In this document: positions 63,809 through 64,000 of the stretch, piece by piece | How positions within the stretch are numbered: the first letter of the stretch is position 1 | Layout of the letters: each line of letters begins with the position of its first letter | NCBI RefSeq assembly: GCF_001194135.2 | Contig: NC_069006.1 | Coordinates: forward strand, 16,322,831-16,386,830 | Reading direction: 5' to 3' | DNA from: Octopus bimaculoides | Taxonomy: Eukaryota | DNA length: 64,000 bases | The notes under the pieces: generated by a model | Seen by the model: the letters and a program-made list of their open reading frames with translations, nothing else | Databases searched by the model: none | Told to the model about the DNA's origin: nothing | Position numbers and translations under genes: made by a program

Positions 63809-64000
63809 AGCACCCCATATAACCCCTCATAATTTTCTTATTTTTGGAATTTTGGGACAATTTTTGCAAATTTGCATTCTACATACAGGAATTCATAAGA
63901 TTATGCAAAACCCAATAAAAAACAGGTTTTTCTGTGTGTGATTTTAAAGCTATTTAGCTGTCGTTTTTAACATATCTCATGACCACCTAATACCCACCTC

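Overview
AT-rich (roughly one third GC by eye) animal genomic DNA with about 13 N-gaps, dense microsatellites and a very high repeat load. The repeat families resemble, from memory, those of octopus (coleoid cephalopod) genomes; this was not checked by search. No protein-coding gene, rRNA, tRNA gene or CRISPR array is supported. Nearly all ORFs in the track come from microsatellites, N-runs or repeats. Contents: four or more tRNA-derived SINE families (my labels A-D), RTE-clade LINE remnants, a Dong/R4-like LINE 3' end, Penelope-like fragments including a GIY-YIG remnant, a decayed mariner, two kinds of mariner deletion derivative, two TTAA-flanked piggyBac-type MITE families, hAT MITEs and a DINE-1/HINE-like element. 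I found no convincing new biological system. The best leads are a foldback element with divergent TTAGGG arrays at its centre (52.1 kb), three short templated insertions including a 61-bp copy taken from 1.3 kb away, mix-and-match SINE head/tail modules, and a few low-confidence candidate exons. Repeat boundaries are approximate (about 10-30 bp) unless a TSD or TIR is quoted.
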